Shown: piece after piece, positions 40,701 through 52,427 of the stretch | How the letters are laid out: every line of letters starts with the position of its first letter | Numbering within the stretch: position 1 is the stretch's first letter | Assembly (NCBI GenBank): GCA_963532875.1 | Contig: CAUSLO010000002.1 | Coordinates: 1,377 to 65,376, forward strand | Source of the DNA: an uncultured Clostridia bacterium | GTDB lineage: Bacteria; Bacillota; Clostridia; Christensenellales; CAG-917 | Reading direction: 5' to 3' | DNA: 64,000 nt | The notes under the pieces: generated by a model | Seen by the model: the letters and a program-made list of their open reading frames with translations, nothing else | What the model was told of the DNA's origin: nothing | Database searches by the model: none | Position numbers and translations under genes: made by a program

Positions 40701-41250
40701 GCATTCTCTCTGCTTGTGATTCTCTTACATATAGAGGCCTATATGTCTTGCTAAAGATTTCATCTTTAATTTTATTATTAACAACGTTTGCCAAATTTTT
40801 AACGTAATCAATATCATTTCTATTAATACTTCTTTCTTCCACAATGCCCACTTCGTTAAAGTATACCTTTTCAACCTTTCCCTTCTCGACATTTGCAACG
40901 TACATATTACCTCTGCCCGCTTCGATTTCAACTTTACCAGTATATTGATATCCAACTATTTCAAATGCACTTACCTCAACTCTCTTTATATTAGATGCAA
41001 ATGAAAGCCCCAATGCGGTTGCTATGCCAATTCTTATACCTGTGAATGACCCTGGACCAACTACTACGGCGATGCACTCTATATCTTTAATCGTCATTGA
41101 TTTCTCACGCAAAATTTCATCTACTGTGCTTAGTAACTTTTTCTGATGGTTTAACTTGTCAAGATTAATTACCTTGAAAAGTTCTGACTTTCCATCCATA
41201 ACCCCTACAATTAATGTTTCAAATGTTGTATCAATTACTAGCGTCTTCAT
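40684..41250 (-). CDS. tsaB: tRNA t6A37 biosynthesis protein TsaB (short form)
   Basis: MKTLVIDTT... and VVVGPGSFTGIRIGIA motifs. ATGA overlap with the upstream tsaE stop. Confidence 0.85.
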   Translation of the reverse strand: MKTLVIDTTFETLIVGVMDGKSELFKVINLDKLNHQKKLLSTVDEILREKSMTIKDIECIAVVVGPGSFTGIRIGIATALGLSFASNIKRVEVSAFEIVGYQYTGKVEIEAGRGNMYVANVEKGKVEKVYFNEVGIVEERSINRNDIDYVKNLANVVNNKIKDEIFSKTYRPLYVRESQAERMHDRNK

Positions 41251-42317
41251 TTTAAAATCTCAATTTTTCTAAACTTATTAAAAAATACTTTTTCAATATT
41301 TACCCAATGCATGTCTCCAATTAGATTATCAAACTTATTCCATTCGATAAAGGTTATAGTATCTTTTAATCCTATTTCTTCTCTAATACCAACTTCCTGC
41401 AATTCATCCTCAGCTTCAAGTCTATACATATCTATGTGATTAATTTTGAATTTACCTTCATATACGTTTTGAATTGTGAATGTTGGGCTTGTAACGTAAT
41501 CATTAACTCCTAACGCCTCACAGACGTATTTTACAAATGTAGTCTTCCCAGCCCCTAATTCTCCATTCAGAATTACAATTTCCCCACCATTAAGTGAATT
41601 GGCAAAACTATTTGCCACACGTTGCAACCCCTTTAAATTATATACATTATACTTACTCAAATTTTCATGACCTTTTTTATGTTCTACTTCAAACAAATTC
41701 AATGAACTTGTGAATTTAAATATAACATAACCTAATACACCATTTAATAAAGATCTAAACAAATTGAATGGTAAAACGCCACCTAAGACAATTAGTTTCT
41801 TAATATCGCTTGCCTTTACATTTTTATTTAAATTTTTTGGCAACATGGCAACTAACTTTTTAGCATCGCCTTTATAGAATACCCTTACGTACATTGGAAT
41901 GAGTAAATAATAATTCAACAGTGAAGCAATTAGCGATGAGAAAATTATTCCAACAAAAATCGCAAGTATTGCTCCACCTAAATTCCTTTTAACTCTATAT
42001 ATGCTTGCTATTGAGATAACTAAAACTATGCCAATAACGAAATCTGCTAATTCTCCAACGTATAGGGTATTTGTAAGAGGCAACTTTAATAAACATCGTA
42101 CAAGGGCTATAACCATTCCAGGAACAGCACCTAGTTGAAATGTCGCAAGTATTAAAGGCACATCTGCTAGATTTAATTTCAAGAATCCAGGAAAGAATGG
42201 TAATGGAATTCTAATTAGATATAAAATGTATGCTAATGCTGTATATAAAGCAATATAACTTAATTTATAAAGAGATTTCGGCATATTTACCCCAATCTCC
42301 AAAGCAACTTCTTTCAT
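41247..42317 (-). CDS. tsaE: fusion of a RibU-like ECF-transporter S component (N-terminal) with the t6A ATPase TsaE (C-terminal)
   Basis: A single open frame. The N-terminal half is multi-TM with LNLADVPLILATFQLGAVPG and VGELADFVIG (RibU-like). The C-terminal half has GELGAGKTTFVK, SPTF and HIDMYR (TsaE). The real start is probably ATG 42284, because ATG 42317 lies inside the riboswitch aptamer. Confidence 0.8.
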   Translation of the reverse strand: MKEVALEIGVNMPKSLYKLSYIALYTALAYILYLIRIPLPFFPGFLKLNLADVPLILATFQLGAVPGMVIALVRCLLKLPLTNTLYVGELADFVIGIVLVISIASIYRVKRNLGGAILAIFVGIIFSSLIASLLNYYLLIPMYVRVFYKGDAKKLVAMLPKNLNKNVKASDIKKLIVLGGVLPFNLFRSLLNGVLGYVIFKFTSSLNLFEVEHKKGHENLSKYNVYNLKGLQRVANSFANSLNGGEIVILNGELGAGKTTFVKYVCEALGVNDYVTSPTFTIQNVYEGKFKINHIDMYRLEAEDELQEVGIREEIGLKDTITFIEWNKFDNLIGDMHWVNIEKVFFNKFRKIEILK

Positions 42318-42408
42318 CCAGACTTTACTGTTGGCTTAGGAATTTAACCTAATCTGCTTTCGCTCGTGGGCTATACCACCAGTTGGGAATTACACCCTGC
42401 CCTGAAGT
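42307..42408 (-). promoter_or_regulatory. FMN riboswitch (RFN element)
   Basis: The minus strand reads ACTTCAGGGCAGGGTGTAATTCCCAACTGGTGGTATAGCCCACGAGCGAAAGCAGATTAGGTTAAATTCCTAAGCCAACAGTAAAGTCTGGATGAAAGAAGT. This matches the conserved FMN aptamer core, with P1 formed by ACTTC/GAAGT. Confidence 0.9.
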
Positions 42409-42414
42409 ATTTTC

Positions 42415-42443
42415 ATTTTATAACCAAAGGAATTATTTTACAA
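42415..42443 (-). promoter_or_regulatory. sigma-A-type promoter for the riboswitch transcript
   Basis: TTGTAA-N17-TAAAAT. The predicted transcription start is about 7 nt downstream, at the 5' edge of aptamer P1. Confidence 0.5.
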
Positions 42444-42482
42444 ATAAAACAACCCATTCATAATCAACCTTATTTAAAAGAT

Positions 42483-43424
42483 TTATTTTCTTACGCCAAC
42501 TAAATCAAGTTGGAACAACTCTATTCTTCCATACATGATGCTATTAATATTCTTAAATGTTGCATCTCTAATAACTTGTTTATTTGTATCGTCTAAATTA
42601 TTTGCCAATCTGTTTCCGATTATGTTATCGAAAATTTCTCTTGCTTTTGCGTCATGCTTTGAAATGTCATATTCTTCAAAAATTAAGAAATTATCGTCCC
42701 TAGCATCTTTAGAATTGAATGTAGCAATTCTTTGAATTACTGATAAATCGCTTTTATCTTTAAAATATGACTTAATTGTTGCCTTTTTAGATTTTAGTTT
42801 TAACTTTAATGTGAATGCAAGATCCTTTGGTAACTCAATTGGAATGATTTTATTTTCTTTTAACCCTTCAATAAATTTTTGAAATTTATCTGTTAAGAAG
42901 TATTCTTTACCATCAACTTTTAAGCCAATCATTTTTTCAAGTTTCATGAATGCTTCGGCACGTCCTTTAACTGTATCCCACTTTAGACCTGGAACATATC
43001 TATCAAACAATTCATTTGCGAATGTCTTAGCGAACTTAGCAATTGTGAAGTCATGGAAGAAATAATTATTTCCCAACATCTTCTTTGCTTGATCTTCTAG
43101 TGTCTCTGGTGCTGCTAATACGCTATTCAAAAATTCTACATTTGGATAAAATGTGGTTGTTAATTCATTTGATTTTGTAAATTTTGCAATACCACTATCT
43201 TTAATTCTCTTTCCATCATTGTTATAGAATACTTTGTTTAAAACGTCACGAAATGGTTCAATCATTGCTTGACCGTCTTGAGTAGATCTATATTCCATTC
43301 TTGAATATTCAAGAAATTCATACTGAGTTAATAAACCAGTTTTCTTTACACACCCTACTGCCAATATTGAAGAGAAACTTAATAATAAAACTACTAATGT
43401 TGTTAATATTGTCTTTTTTTTCAT
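42483..43424 (-). CDS. lipoprotein of unknown function (313 aa)
   Basis: Lipobox SSILAVG-C. The ATG at 43424 follows GAGGTG-N6; the track start is GTG 43433. Confidence 0.7.
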   Translation of the reverse strand: MKKKTILTTLVVLLLSFSSILAVGCVKKTGLLTQYEFLEYSRMEYRSTQDGQAMIEPFRDVLNKVFYNNDGKRIKDSGIAKFTKSNELTTTFYPNVEFLNSVLAAPETLEDQAKKMLGNNYFFHDFTIAKFAKTFANELFDRYVPGLKWDTVKGRAEAFMKLEKMIGLKVDGKEYFLTDKFQKFIEGLKENKIIPIELPKDLAFTLKLKLKSKKATIKSYFKDKSDLSVIQRIATFNSKDARDDNFLIFEEYDISKHDAKAREIFDNIIGNRLANNLDDTNKQVIRDATFKNINSIMYGRIELFQLDLVGVRK

Positions 43425-43435
43425 CGTTTTCACCT

Positions 43436-44632
43436 CTAATAATTCTTTGGCAATTTAGGTACTTTGCCCTTAATTTCTGCGAAGTATATCCTACTCGCAT
43501 CTGAAAGTGATGCTGCCTTGTTTATTTTTTTGCTTACTTTTGTATCTCTTCCATACAATCTTGCATATTGATTAGTTAATATTTTTTTATATTTTTTCAA
43601 TGATGCCTTATATTCTTTTGCACTTATAATTCCTTCCTTACGTAATGTTTCTTGAGTCAATACAAACAATTGTGAATGTCCTTCATTACTTGGATGAACA
43701 TAATCAGGAAAGATTAAATCTTTGAATCTTGACTCATCATCTCCAACAAGTTTATTAAAATGCTCTTGTGGATCAATTGTCATAAAATCACTTTTACCTT
43801 TTATTTCATTTTCAAGAGGAAGGAATAAGATTCTAATCATCTCTGCTGTAATTTTTCTGAGGTACGCTCTTCCTTCCTTAGTATCAAAATCTAAGCCTTT
43901 TTTACTTTTAAGTGTTTCCTTTACTTCTTTAGATACTAAGTTAGTTCCTTCAATAATCGGATTGTATATCTTTTGGAAAATTACTTTTGAGTTTTTCTTC
44001 TTTAATTCAATAAGTTTCTCAACTAATTCTTTTGCATTCTTGCTTACGTTACCTTTCCAAAGGCTTGTTTTCTCTGTGTCTTCAGAAGTGTACATAATCT
44101 CATTAAATTTAGTTGATATTTCTGCAAGTTTATTTGATACGCTCTCGTTATCTGTTTTATCAGTGATTGCTTGTCCTAAACCTATTTTGCCTAGAGCCTC
44201 TGCTTCGATAAAGTTTTTTAGTATTTCGTTCATGTGTGGTCCAAGCAAATCGTTACCAAAAATAGAAACATGCATTAAATCCGCATCTTTTACTCTTTGA
44301 ATATAGTTTCTACTATTTGGTACTTTATAAATTTCTCCATTTCTAGTATAACTAGGTAAATTACCATTAAGTAAATCAACCAAATGTCCTGATTCATGAC
44401 CAGAAACTGCAGCATTATATACATTTATCTTGCTATTACATTGATCCAACAACCCATAATATCCGTAATTATACCTTTCTGTTATTGGTGATGGTCCTAT
44501 TACTGATTCTGCAATAGAATCTCCCATTATCAACATGTTTTTGTTTTTAGATTTAGTACATGCACTTAATACCCCCATTACAAGTACTATAAGCAAAACA
44601 GAAACACTGAATAAAATTGATTTTCTTTTCAT
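43436..44632 (-). CDS. SGNH/GDSL-family hydrolase lipoprotein
   Basis: Lipobox GVLSA-C, GDS block MLIMGDSIAES, and a C-terminal DxxH block DYVHPSNEGH. The ATG at 44632 follows AAGGTGGGG. Confidence 0.8.
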   Translation of the reverse strand: MKRKSILFSVSVLLIVLVMGVLSACTKSKNKNMLIMGDSIAESVIGPSPITERYNYGYYGLLDQCNSKINVYNAAVSGHESGHLVDLLNGNLPSYTRNGEIYKVPNSRNYIQRVKDADLMHVSIFGNDLLGPHMNEILKNFIEAEALGKIGLGQAITDKTDNESVSNKLAEISTKFNEIMYTSEDTEKTSLWKGNVSKNAKELVEKLIELKKKNSKVIFQKIYNPIIEGTNLVSKEVKETLKSKKGLDFDTKEGRAYLRKITAEMIRILFLPLENEIKGKSDFMTIDPQEHFNKLVGDDESRFKDLIFPDYVHPSNEGHSQLFVLTQETLRKEGIISAKEYKASLKKYKKILTNQYARLYGRDTKVSKKINKAASLSDASRIYFAEIKGKVPKLPKNY

Positions 44633-44649
44633 TTTCCCCACCTTAAAAT

Positions 44650-46128
44650 TTATTCAAAAACCTTCATACTATTACAATTATTTTTCCACATATCCTCAAT
44701 ATTATACTCTTCTCTGGTAGCCTGATTCAAGATGTGAACCATTACGCCATTGTAATCCAATACTACCCAGTTTTTTTGATTTGAAATGCCGTTTACTGCA
44801 TACAATCCGTAATTGTCTTTAACGGTTTTTTCTATAATATCTGCAAGAGCATTTGTGTGTTTATCGCCTAAGGATGTTGCTATAACAAAATAATCTGCTA
44901 TATTTGTCTTTCCTGCTACATCTATAACGACAATATTCTCCGCCTTATTCTCAAGTAGTTCCTTACAAATAAACTTTCTTAAACGTATTACATCAAGGAT
45001 ATCCTTTCCGTAAATATAGTAATTAAATGCTTCTTCAGTATTCTTGTGCATCTTCTTATCAATATTTTTATCATATGTATATCTAAGAACATCAATAAAA
45101 CCTTGTTGAAAATTCTTAAACGCTGTTTCCCTCAATTTAGGAATTGGCTCATAATCTCTATCGTATGAAACACTGTCTCCTAAATACACAATTTTCTCCA
45201 AATCATTCATGTCTGGTTTTGCTGTTGTATGGCATTCAATAGCATTTAATACATCTTTGTTTTTAACCTTATATACTTTCTTTGCCATTAATGCTCCACC
45301 ATATTGATGTGCTACTTTAGGGAAATCGTCATATACCTCACCCATTGACGTCAAAAAGTCGGTATTTTGTTTTGCACAATCATGTAACAAAGCTGCTAAA
45401 AATACGTCGTGATATGGAACTTTAGAGAAATACTTTGCACGTAAATCCATACATGTAGCAACAACTGCCTTTGTATGTTCAAATAAGTCTTTTGTTTGAG
45501 TCTTTTTTAACTTTTTGATTGCTTCATTGTATTTATCAAACAATTTAGTCTCTTTTAGATATAACTTTTGATTTTTAGTTAAATCTTTTACGGAATTCTT
45601 TAAATACAAATTTGTTTTGATTGCCGTTGAAGATACTTCTTTGCCTTTATACTTTAGCAATCTCATTCTTGCATTATATTTTTTATTAAACATTCTGATA
45701 TCAGAATTTGATACTTTATACCCTTCACGCTCTACAATAACTATCTCGTATGATTTAACTAAATTAGTGAAATCTATCCAGTTTCTTATGTTTAAAAAGC
45801 TGTCTGAGCCGATTAAAAAGACGATTTCGCCATATTTTTCACTTAATTCCTTTAAAACTTCGACTGAAGAATTTCCCTGTTCACGTTTTTTTTCGATGTT
45901 ATCAATTTTTACTTTATATTTCGCATCAGCAAAGAGAATTTTTAACAGTTTTACTCTCTTTGAAAATGGTATTAAACTCTTTTCTTTATATCCTTGATTA
46001 TATGTCGGACATATTACTAATTTCTCCGCTTTTGTTTCTTTCATAGCTGCTGTAGCCATTTTTAGATGTTCTTTGTGGCAAGGATCAAATGATCCGCCGA
46101 ATACTAATGTTTTTTTTATCCCCTTCAT
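44650..46128 (-). CDS. nadD: triple fusion of NadD (nicotinate-nucleotide adenylyltransferase), YqeK (HD phosphohydrolase) and RsfS (ribosome silencing factor)
   Basis: One 492-codon frame. GGSFDPCHKEH and SSTAIK belong to NadD. HTKAVV...LLHDCAK...ECHTT belongs to the YqeK HD domain. IVVIDVAGKTNIADYFVIATS...WVVLDYNGVMVHIL belongs to RsfS/iojap. Confidence 0.85.
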   Translation of the reverse strand: MKGIKKTLVFGGSFDPCHKEHLKMATAAMKETKAEKLVICPTYNQGYKEKSLIPFSKRVKLLKILFADAKYKVKIDNIEKKREQGNSSVEVLKELSEKYGEIVFLIGSDSFLNIRNWIDFTNLVKSYEIVIVEREGYKVSNSDIRMFNKKYNARMRLLKYKGKEVSSTAIKTNLYLKNSVKDLTKNQKLYLKETKLFDKYNEAIKKLKKTQTKDLFEHTKAVVATCMDLRAKYFSKVPYHDVFLAALLHDCAKQNTDFLTSMGEVYDDFPKVAHQYGGALMAKKVYKVKNKDVLNAIECHTTAKPDMNDLEKIVYLGDSVSYDRDYEPIPKLRETAFKNFQQGFIDVLRYTYDKNIDKKMHKNTEEAFNYYIYGKDILDVIRLRKFICKELLENKAENIVVIDVAGKTNIADYFVIATSLGDKHTNALADIIEKTVKDNYGLYAVNGISNQKNWVVLDYNGVMVHILNQATREEYNIEDMWKNNCNSMKVFE

Positions 46129-46140
46129 ATTACCTCTTCT

Positions 46141-48759
<2,619 letters not shown>

Positions 48760-48763
<4 letters not shown>

Positions 48764-49578
48764 TTATCTCTCAAATTGCATTTGTGCTCGTGTTCATTAT
48801 ATATTTTGCTTCGTTTAATTGCTTCATCAAAATTGATTAAGTGGCCATCAAATTCAGGGCCATCAATACATGCATATTTTATTTTGCTATCATATGAAAG
48901 TCGACAACTTCCACACATACCAGTCCCATCAACCATTATCGAATTCATACTAACAACAGTTTTAATCTTTTTCCCTCTTGTTGCATCGCATATGGTTTTC
49001 ATCATTATCATAGGTCCAACTGCAAATACAGCATCATATGTGTTTTTATCTAGTACCCGTTTTAGTTCATCTACGGCATAACCTTTATTCCCATATGAAC
49101 CGTCGTCAGTTACGATATATAAATTGTCAGCACACTTAGAAATCTCATCTTCATAAAAGATTAAATCCTTGGTTTTCGCTGCTAAAATTATGTCCACTTT
49201 TTTGCCTTCTGATTTCAACTTTATCGCTTGTGAATATATAACTGCTAAACCTATTCCACCTGACACCAATAGAAATTTATCACCAATTAATTCAGTATGA
49301 TTTCCTAAAGGTCCAAGCAAATCAGACACTATATCTCCAACTCCCAAATTACAGATTTCTCTTGTTGAAAATCCAATATTTTGGACTAAGACACTAACTG
49401 ACTTTTCCTCACGATTGTATTTAAAAATTGTTAAAGGTATCCTTTCGCTTTTATCATTTGCACGTATAATTACAAATTGTCCTGGTAGACAATTCTTAGA
49501 TACTAAAGAAGAATGAATTTTGATTTCGATAATGTTGTCTGATATTTGTTGTTTGTATAAAATTTCATTCTCTTTCAT
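48760..49578 (-). CDS. nfnA: PyrK-like FAD/[2Fe-2S] subunit of an NfnAB/SudAB-type complex
   Basis: 272 aa with a ferredoxin-reductase fold and a C-terminal MVDGTGMCGSCR cluster motif. Confidence 0.8.
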
Positions 49579-50195
49579 TGCTTATTCCTATATTCGCATA
49601 TGTTATTTAATTTGCACTCTTCACAATTCGGATTCTGAGATTTGCAAATATACCTACCTTGAAAAATTAAAAGATGATGCAGTTCACTCCAATCCTGTTT
49701 ATCAAAAGATTTTTCAAGTCCTCTTTGTGTATCCTCAACTTTGCTTGTGTGAACAATTCCAAGTCTATTTGAAACTCTGTGCACATGTGTATCAACGGCA
49801 ATTGCTGGCTCTTGATATGCAGTTGAAATTACTACATTTGCGGTCTTAATTCCTACTCCTGGCAACTTAACTAAATCCTTTACGGTTTTAGGTATTTCGC
49901 CCAATTCTACTACCTTTTTAGCCATTTCTTGGATGTTTTTTGCCTTAGACTTATAAAATCCGCATGAAAATATAAGTCTTTCTAGTTCAGTAATCGGCAA
50001 ATTGGCTATTTCTGTTGCAGTTTTTGCTCGTTTAAACAATTCTTGCGTAACTATATTTACTCTCTTATCTGTACATCTTGCAGACAAAATTACGGCAACT
50101 AGTAACTCAAATACGCTACCGTAATTTAATTCACATTGTGCACCTGGATGCATTTCTCTTAGTTTAGAAAGTATTTCTTTATTTCTATTGTCCAT
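49575..50195 (-). CDS. nth: endonuclease III
   Basis: HhH-GPD motif LPGVGIKTANVV and a [4Fe-4S] motif C..(6)..C..C..(5)..C at the C-terminus. Confidence 0.9.
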   Translation of the reverse strand: MDNRNKEILSKLREMHPGAQCELNYGSVFELLVAVILSARCTDKRVNIVTQELFKRAKTATEIANLPITELERLIFSCGFYKSKAKNIQEMAKKVVELGEIPKTVKDLVKLPGVGIKTANVVISTAYQEPAIAVDTHVHRVSNRLGIVHTSKVEDTQRGLEKSFDKQDWSELHHLLIFQGRYICKSQNPNCEECKLNNICEYRNKQ

Positions 50196-51171
50196 TTACT
50201 TTATCTAGTGCATTCTGTAAAAAAGCAACATATCCAGCAACTACTTCTGATGGTTTAATTATTTGAACCTTCTCTTTTAATCCTACTAACCACGCATAGA
50301 ATTGATCTGATAAATCTGTCTTAGCTGACATGACCGCATATTCATCCTCAACTGAATTAATCTTCATTGTTTGCCCAAATTTATCTATCATGGCATTTGT
50401 TATTGACTTGTGGAATCTCAAAAACACCCTTCTCTCATCTCCACCAAACATTGCAAATTGCTTGCTCAAATACTCGTCTAAATTGAAATTATTGATGTTA
50501 TCATACAGTACAACAACATCTTCGCTGATACTTACTTCATGCATTCTATCAATTCTATAATTTGAAAGTTCTTTGTGGTTATCATCGTATCCAATCAAAT
50601 AATACTTGTTATCGCTAAGCACCAACTTAACTGGATTTAAGATATACTTTTCGCCTTTTTTTCTGTATGTAATTGATAAATCGAATTCATAATCAAAGTA
50701 CTTAAAAGATATTTTTTTGCGTTGAAATATGGCTTTATTAATTGCCACAATATTGCTATATAACTCATCATTCGTTGTTCGTGATAACAGTTCCTCACTA
50801 CGTTGTGCAAGTTGATCTGACCACTCCTCACTTCCAAGTTTTGATATTTTATAAATTAGTTTTTTTGCTTTTTCTTGTGGCAAAAAGTTAGCAAATGAAA
50901 CTGCATCAACTAGCAACTGCAATTCAGCAAGATTGAATGACATGCTGTCAATATAGTACATGTTTCTTTTCTTTTTAATTGTCTTTATGTCGTATCCGAA
51001 ATCAACTAATTCTTCAATATCTTTGTATAATGTTTTCCTATCGCAACTTATTCCTAGAGACTCAAGTCTGCTCAAAATTTCTACTGAACTAATAGGGAAA
51101 TCTTTGGAACTTTCTAACCTTAGAATTTCCAATATTTTTAGTAACTTAATTTTTTGAGCATGCATTTTCAT
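50185..51171 (-). CDS. HTH-WYL-domain transcriptional regulator
   Basis: N-terminal winged HTH (KLLKILEILRLESSKDFPISSVEILSRL...RKTLYKDIEEL). Central WYL-type segment (ISFKYFDY...ILNPVKLVLSDNKYYLIGYDD...YRIDRM). A C-terminal extension domain follows. Confidence 0.8.
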   Translation of the reverse strand: MKMHAQKIKLLKILEILRLESSKDFPISSVEILSRLESLGISCDRKTLYKDIEELVDFGYDIKTIKKKRNMYYIDSMSFNLAELQLLVDAVSFANFLPQEKAKKLIYKISKLGSEEWSDQLAQRSEELLSRTTNDELYSNIVAINKAIFQRKKISFKYFDYEFDLSITYRKKGEKYILNPVKLVLSDNKYYLIGYDDNHKELSNYRIDRMHEVSISEDVVVLYDNINNFNLDEYLSKQFAMFGGDERRVFLRFHKSITNAMIDKFGQTMKINSVEDEYAVMSAKTDLSDQFYAWLVGLKEKVQIIKPSEVVAGYVAFLQNALDKVNGQ

Positions 51172-52427
51172 TAAAATATAACGTCTCCTTCATAGATTGG
51201 ATGTTTTTTACACATATCTATTACTTGTGCTCTAACTTCATCGAATACACTCTCTTTTTTATTGATAACAAGTTTGATTAATCTTGCTATCTCTTTCATA
51301 TCGTTCTCTTTTAATCCACGTGTTGTAACGGCAGGAGTGCCAATTCTTACCCCACTTGTTACGAATGGTTTCTCAGGATCATTTGGTATTGAGTTTTTAT
51401 TAACGGTAATATTTACCTCATCCAACATATGTTCTAATTCTTTTCCAGTTATTCCAGTTCCAATCAAGTTAAGCAACATCAAATGGTTATCAGTTCCTCC
51501 AGTAACCAATTTAAGTCCTTGCTTTAAAAATGCTTCACTAAGTGACTTTGCATTCTTAATTACTTGTTTTTGATATTCAACAAATTCTTTGCTTAATGCT
51601 TCTTTAAATGCAATTGCCTTTGCTGCTATAACATGCATTAAAGGTCCGCCCTGAGTCCCTGGAAAAATTGTTTTGTTAATTGTCTTAGCGATTTCTTCAT
51701 TATTAGTTAAAATCAAACCGCCACGTGGTCCTCTTAAAGTCTTGTGTGTTGTTGATGTTACTATGTCTGCATACTCCATTGGTGATGGATGCAAGCCAGT
51801 TGCAACAAGTCCTGCAATGTGTGCAATGTCTACCATTAAATACGCACCAACTGCATCTGCAATTTCTTTGAATTTCTTAAAATCTAAAGTTCTAGGATAT
51901 GCACTTGCTCCTGCAACAATTAGTTTTGGTTTGCACTTTTTTGCAATCTTCATTACTTCGTCGTAGTCTATGAATCCAGTTTCCTCATTAATGCCATATG
52001 GTATAACATTAAATAACTTGCCACTCATATTAACTTTTGAGCCATGTGTTAAGTGTCCCCCTGCTGGTAACGACATTCCCATAAAAGTATCGCCAGATTC
52101 TAAAACACTTAGATATCCTGCAAAATTAGCATTTGATCCACTATGTGGCTGTACATTGGCAAATTTTGCATTGAATAACTTCTTAGCACGTTCAATTGCA
52201 ATCTCCTCTGCGTAATCTACAAATTGGCAACCGCCGTAATATCTTTTTCTTGGATATCCTTCTGCATATTTGTTTGTGTAAAATGATCCCATCGCCGCCA
52301 TAACTCCTGGTGAAGCAATATTTTCACTAGCAATTAACTCTAGATTGTTTTGTTGTCTCTCCAACTCTTTTGCCATTGAATCAAACAATTCTGGGTCAAC
52401 TTCTTTTATAATTTTTAAATCTATCAT
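51171..52427 (-). CDS. glyA: serine hydroxymethyltransferase
   Basis: PLP-lysine motif [12 protein letters not shown], 418 aa. Confidence 0.95.
   Translation of the reverse strand: MIDLKIIKEVDPELFDSMAKELERQQNNLELIASENIASPGVMAAMGSFYTNKYAEGYPRKRYYGGCQFVDYAEEIAIERAKKLFNAKFANVQPHSGSNANFAGYLSVLESGDTFMGMSLPAGGHLTHGSKVNMSGKLFNVIPYGINEETGFIDYDEVMKIAKKCKPKLIVAGASAYPRTLDFKKFKEIADAVGAYLMVDIAHIAGLVATGLHPSPMEYADIVTSTTHKTLRGPRGGLILTNNEEIAKTINKTIFPGTQGGPLMHVIAAKAIAFKEALSKEFVEYQKQVIKNAKSLSEAFLKQGLKLVTGGTDNHLMLLNLIGTGITGKELEHMLDEVNITVNKNSIPNDPEKPFVTSGVRIGTPAVTTRGLKENDMKEIARLIKLVINKKESVFDEVRAQVIDMCKKHPIYEGDVIF

Noticed and set aside
43414-43421. Homopolymeric A8-A9 tracts as phase-variation switches in lipoprotein genes (A8 right after the ATG of the 313-aa lipoprotein; A9 at 5709-5717 and A8 at 5636-5643 and 5961-5968 in the 295-aa lipoprotein)
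   Set aside because: Equivalent tracts occur in housekeeping genes, for example the T8/A8 at 2064-2071 in addA. They are expected from AAA Lys codons in AT-rich DNA. No evidence of length heterogeneity can be obtained from a single sequence.
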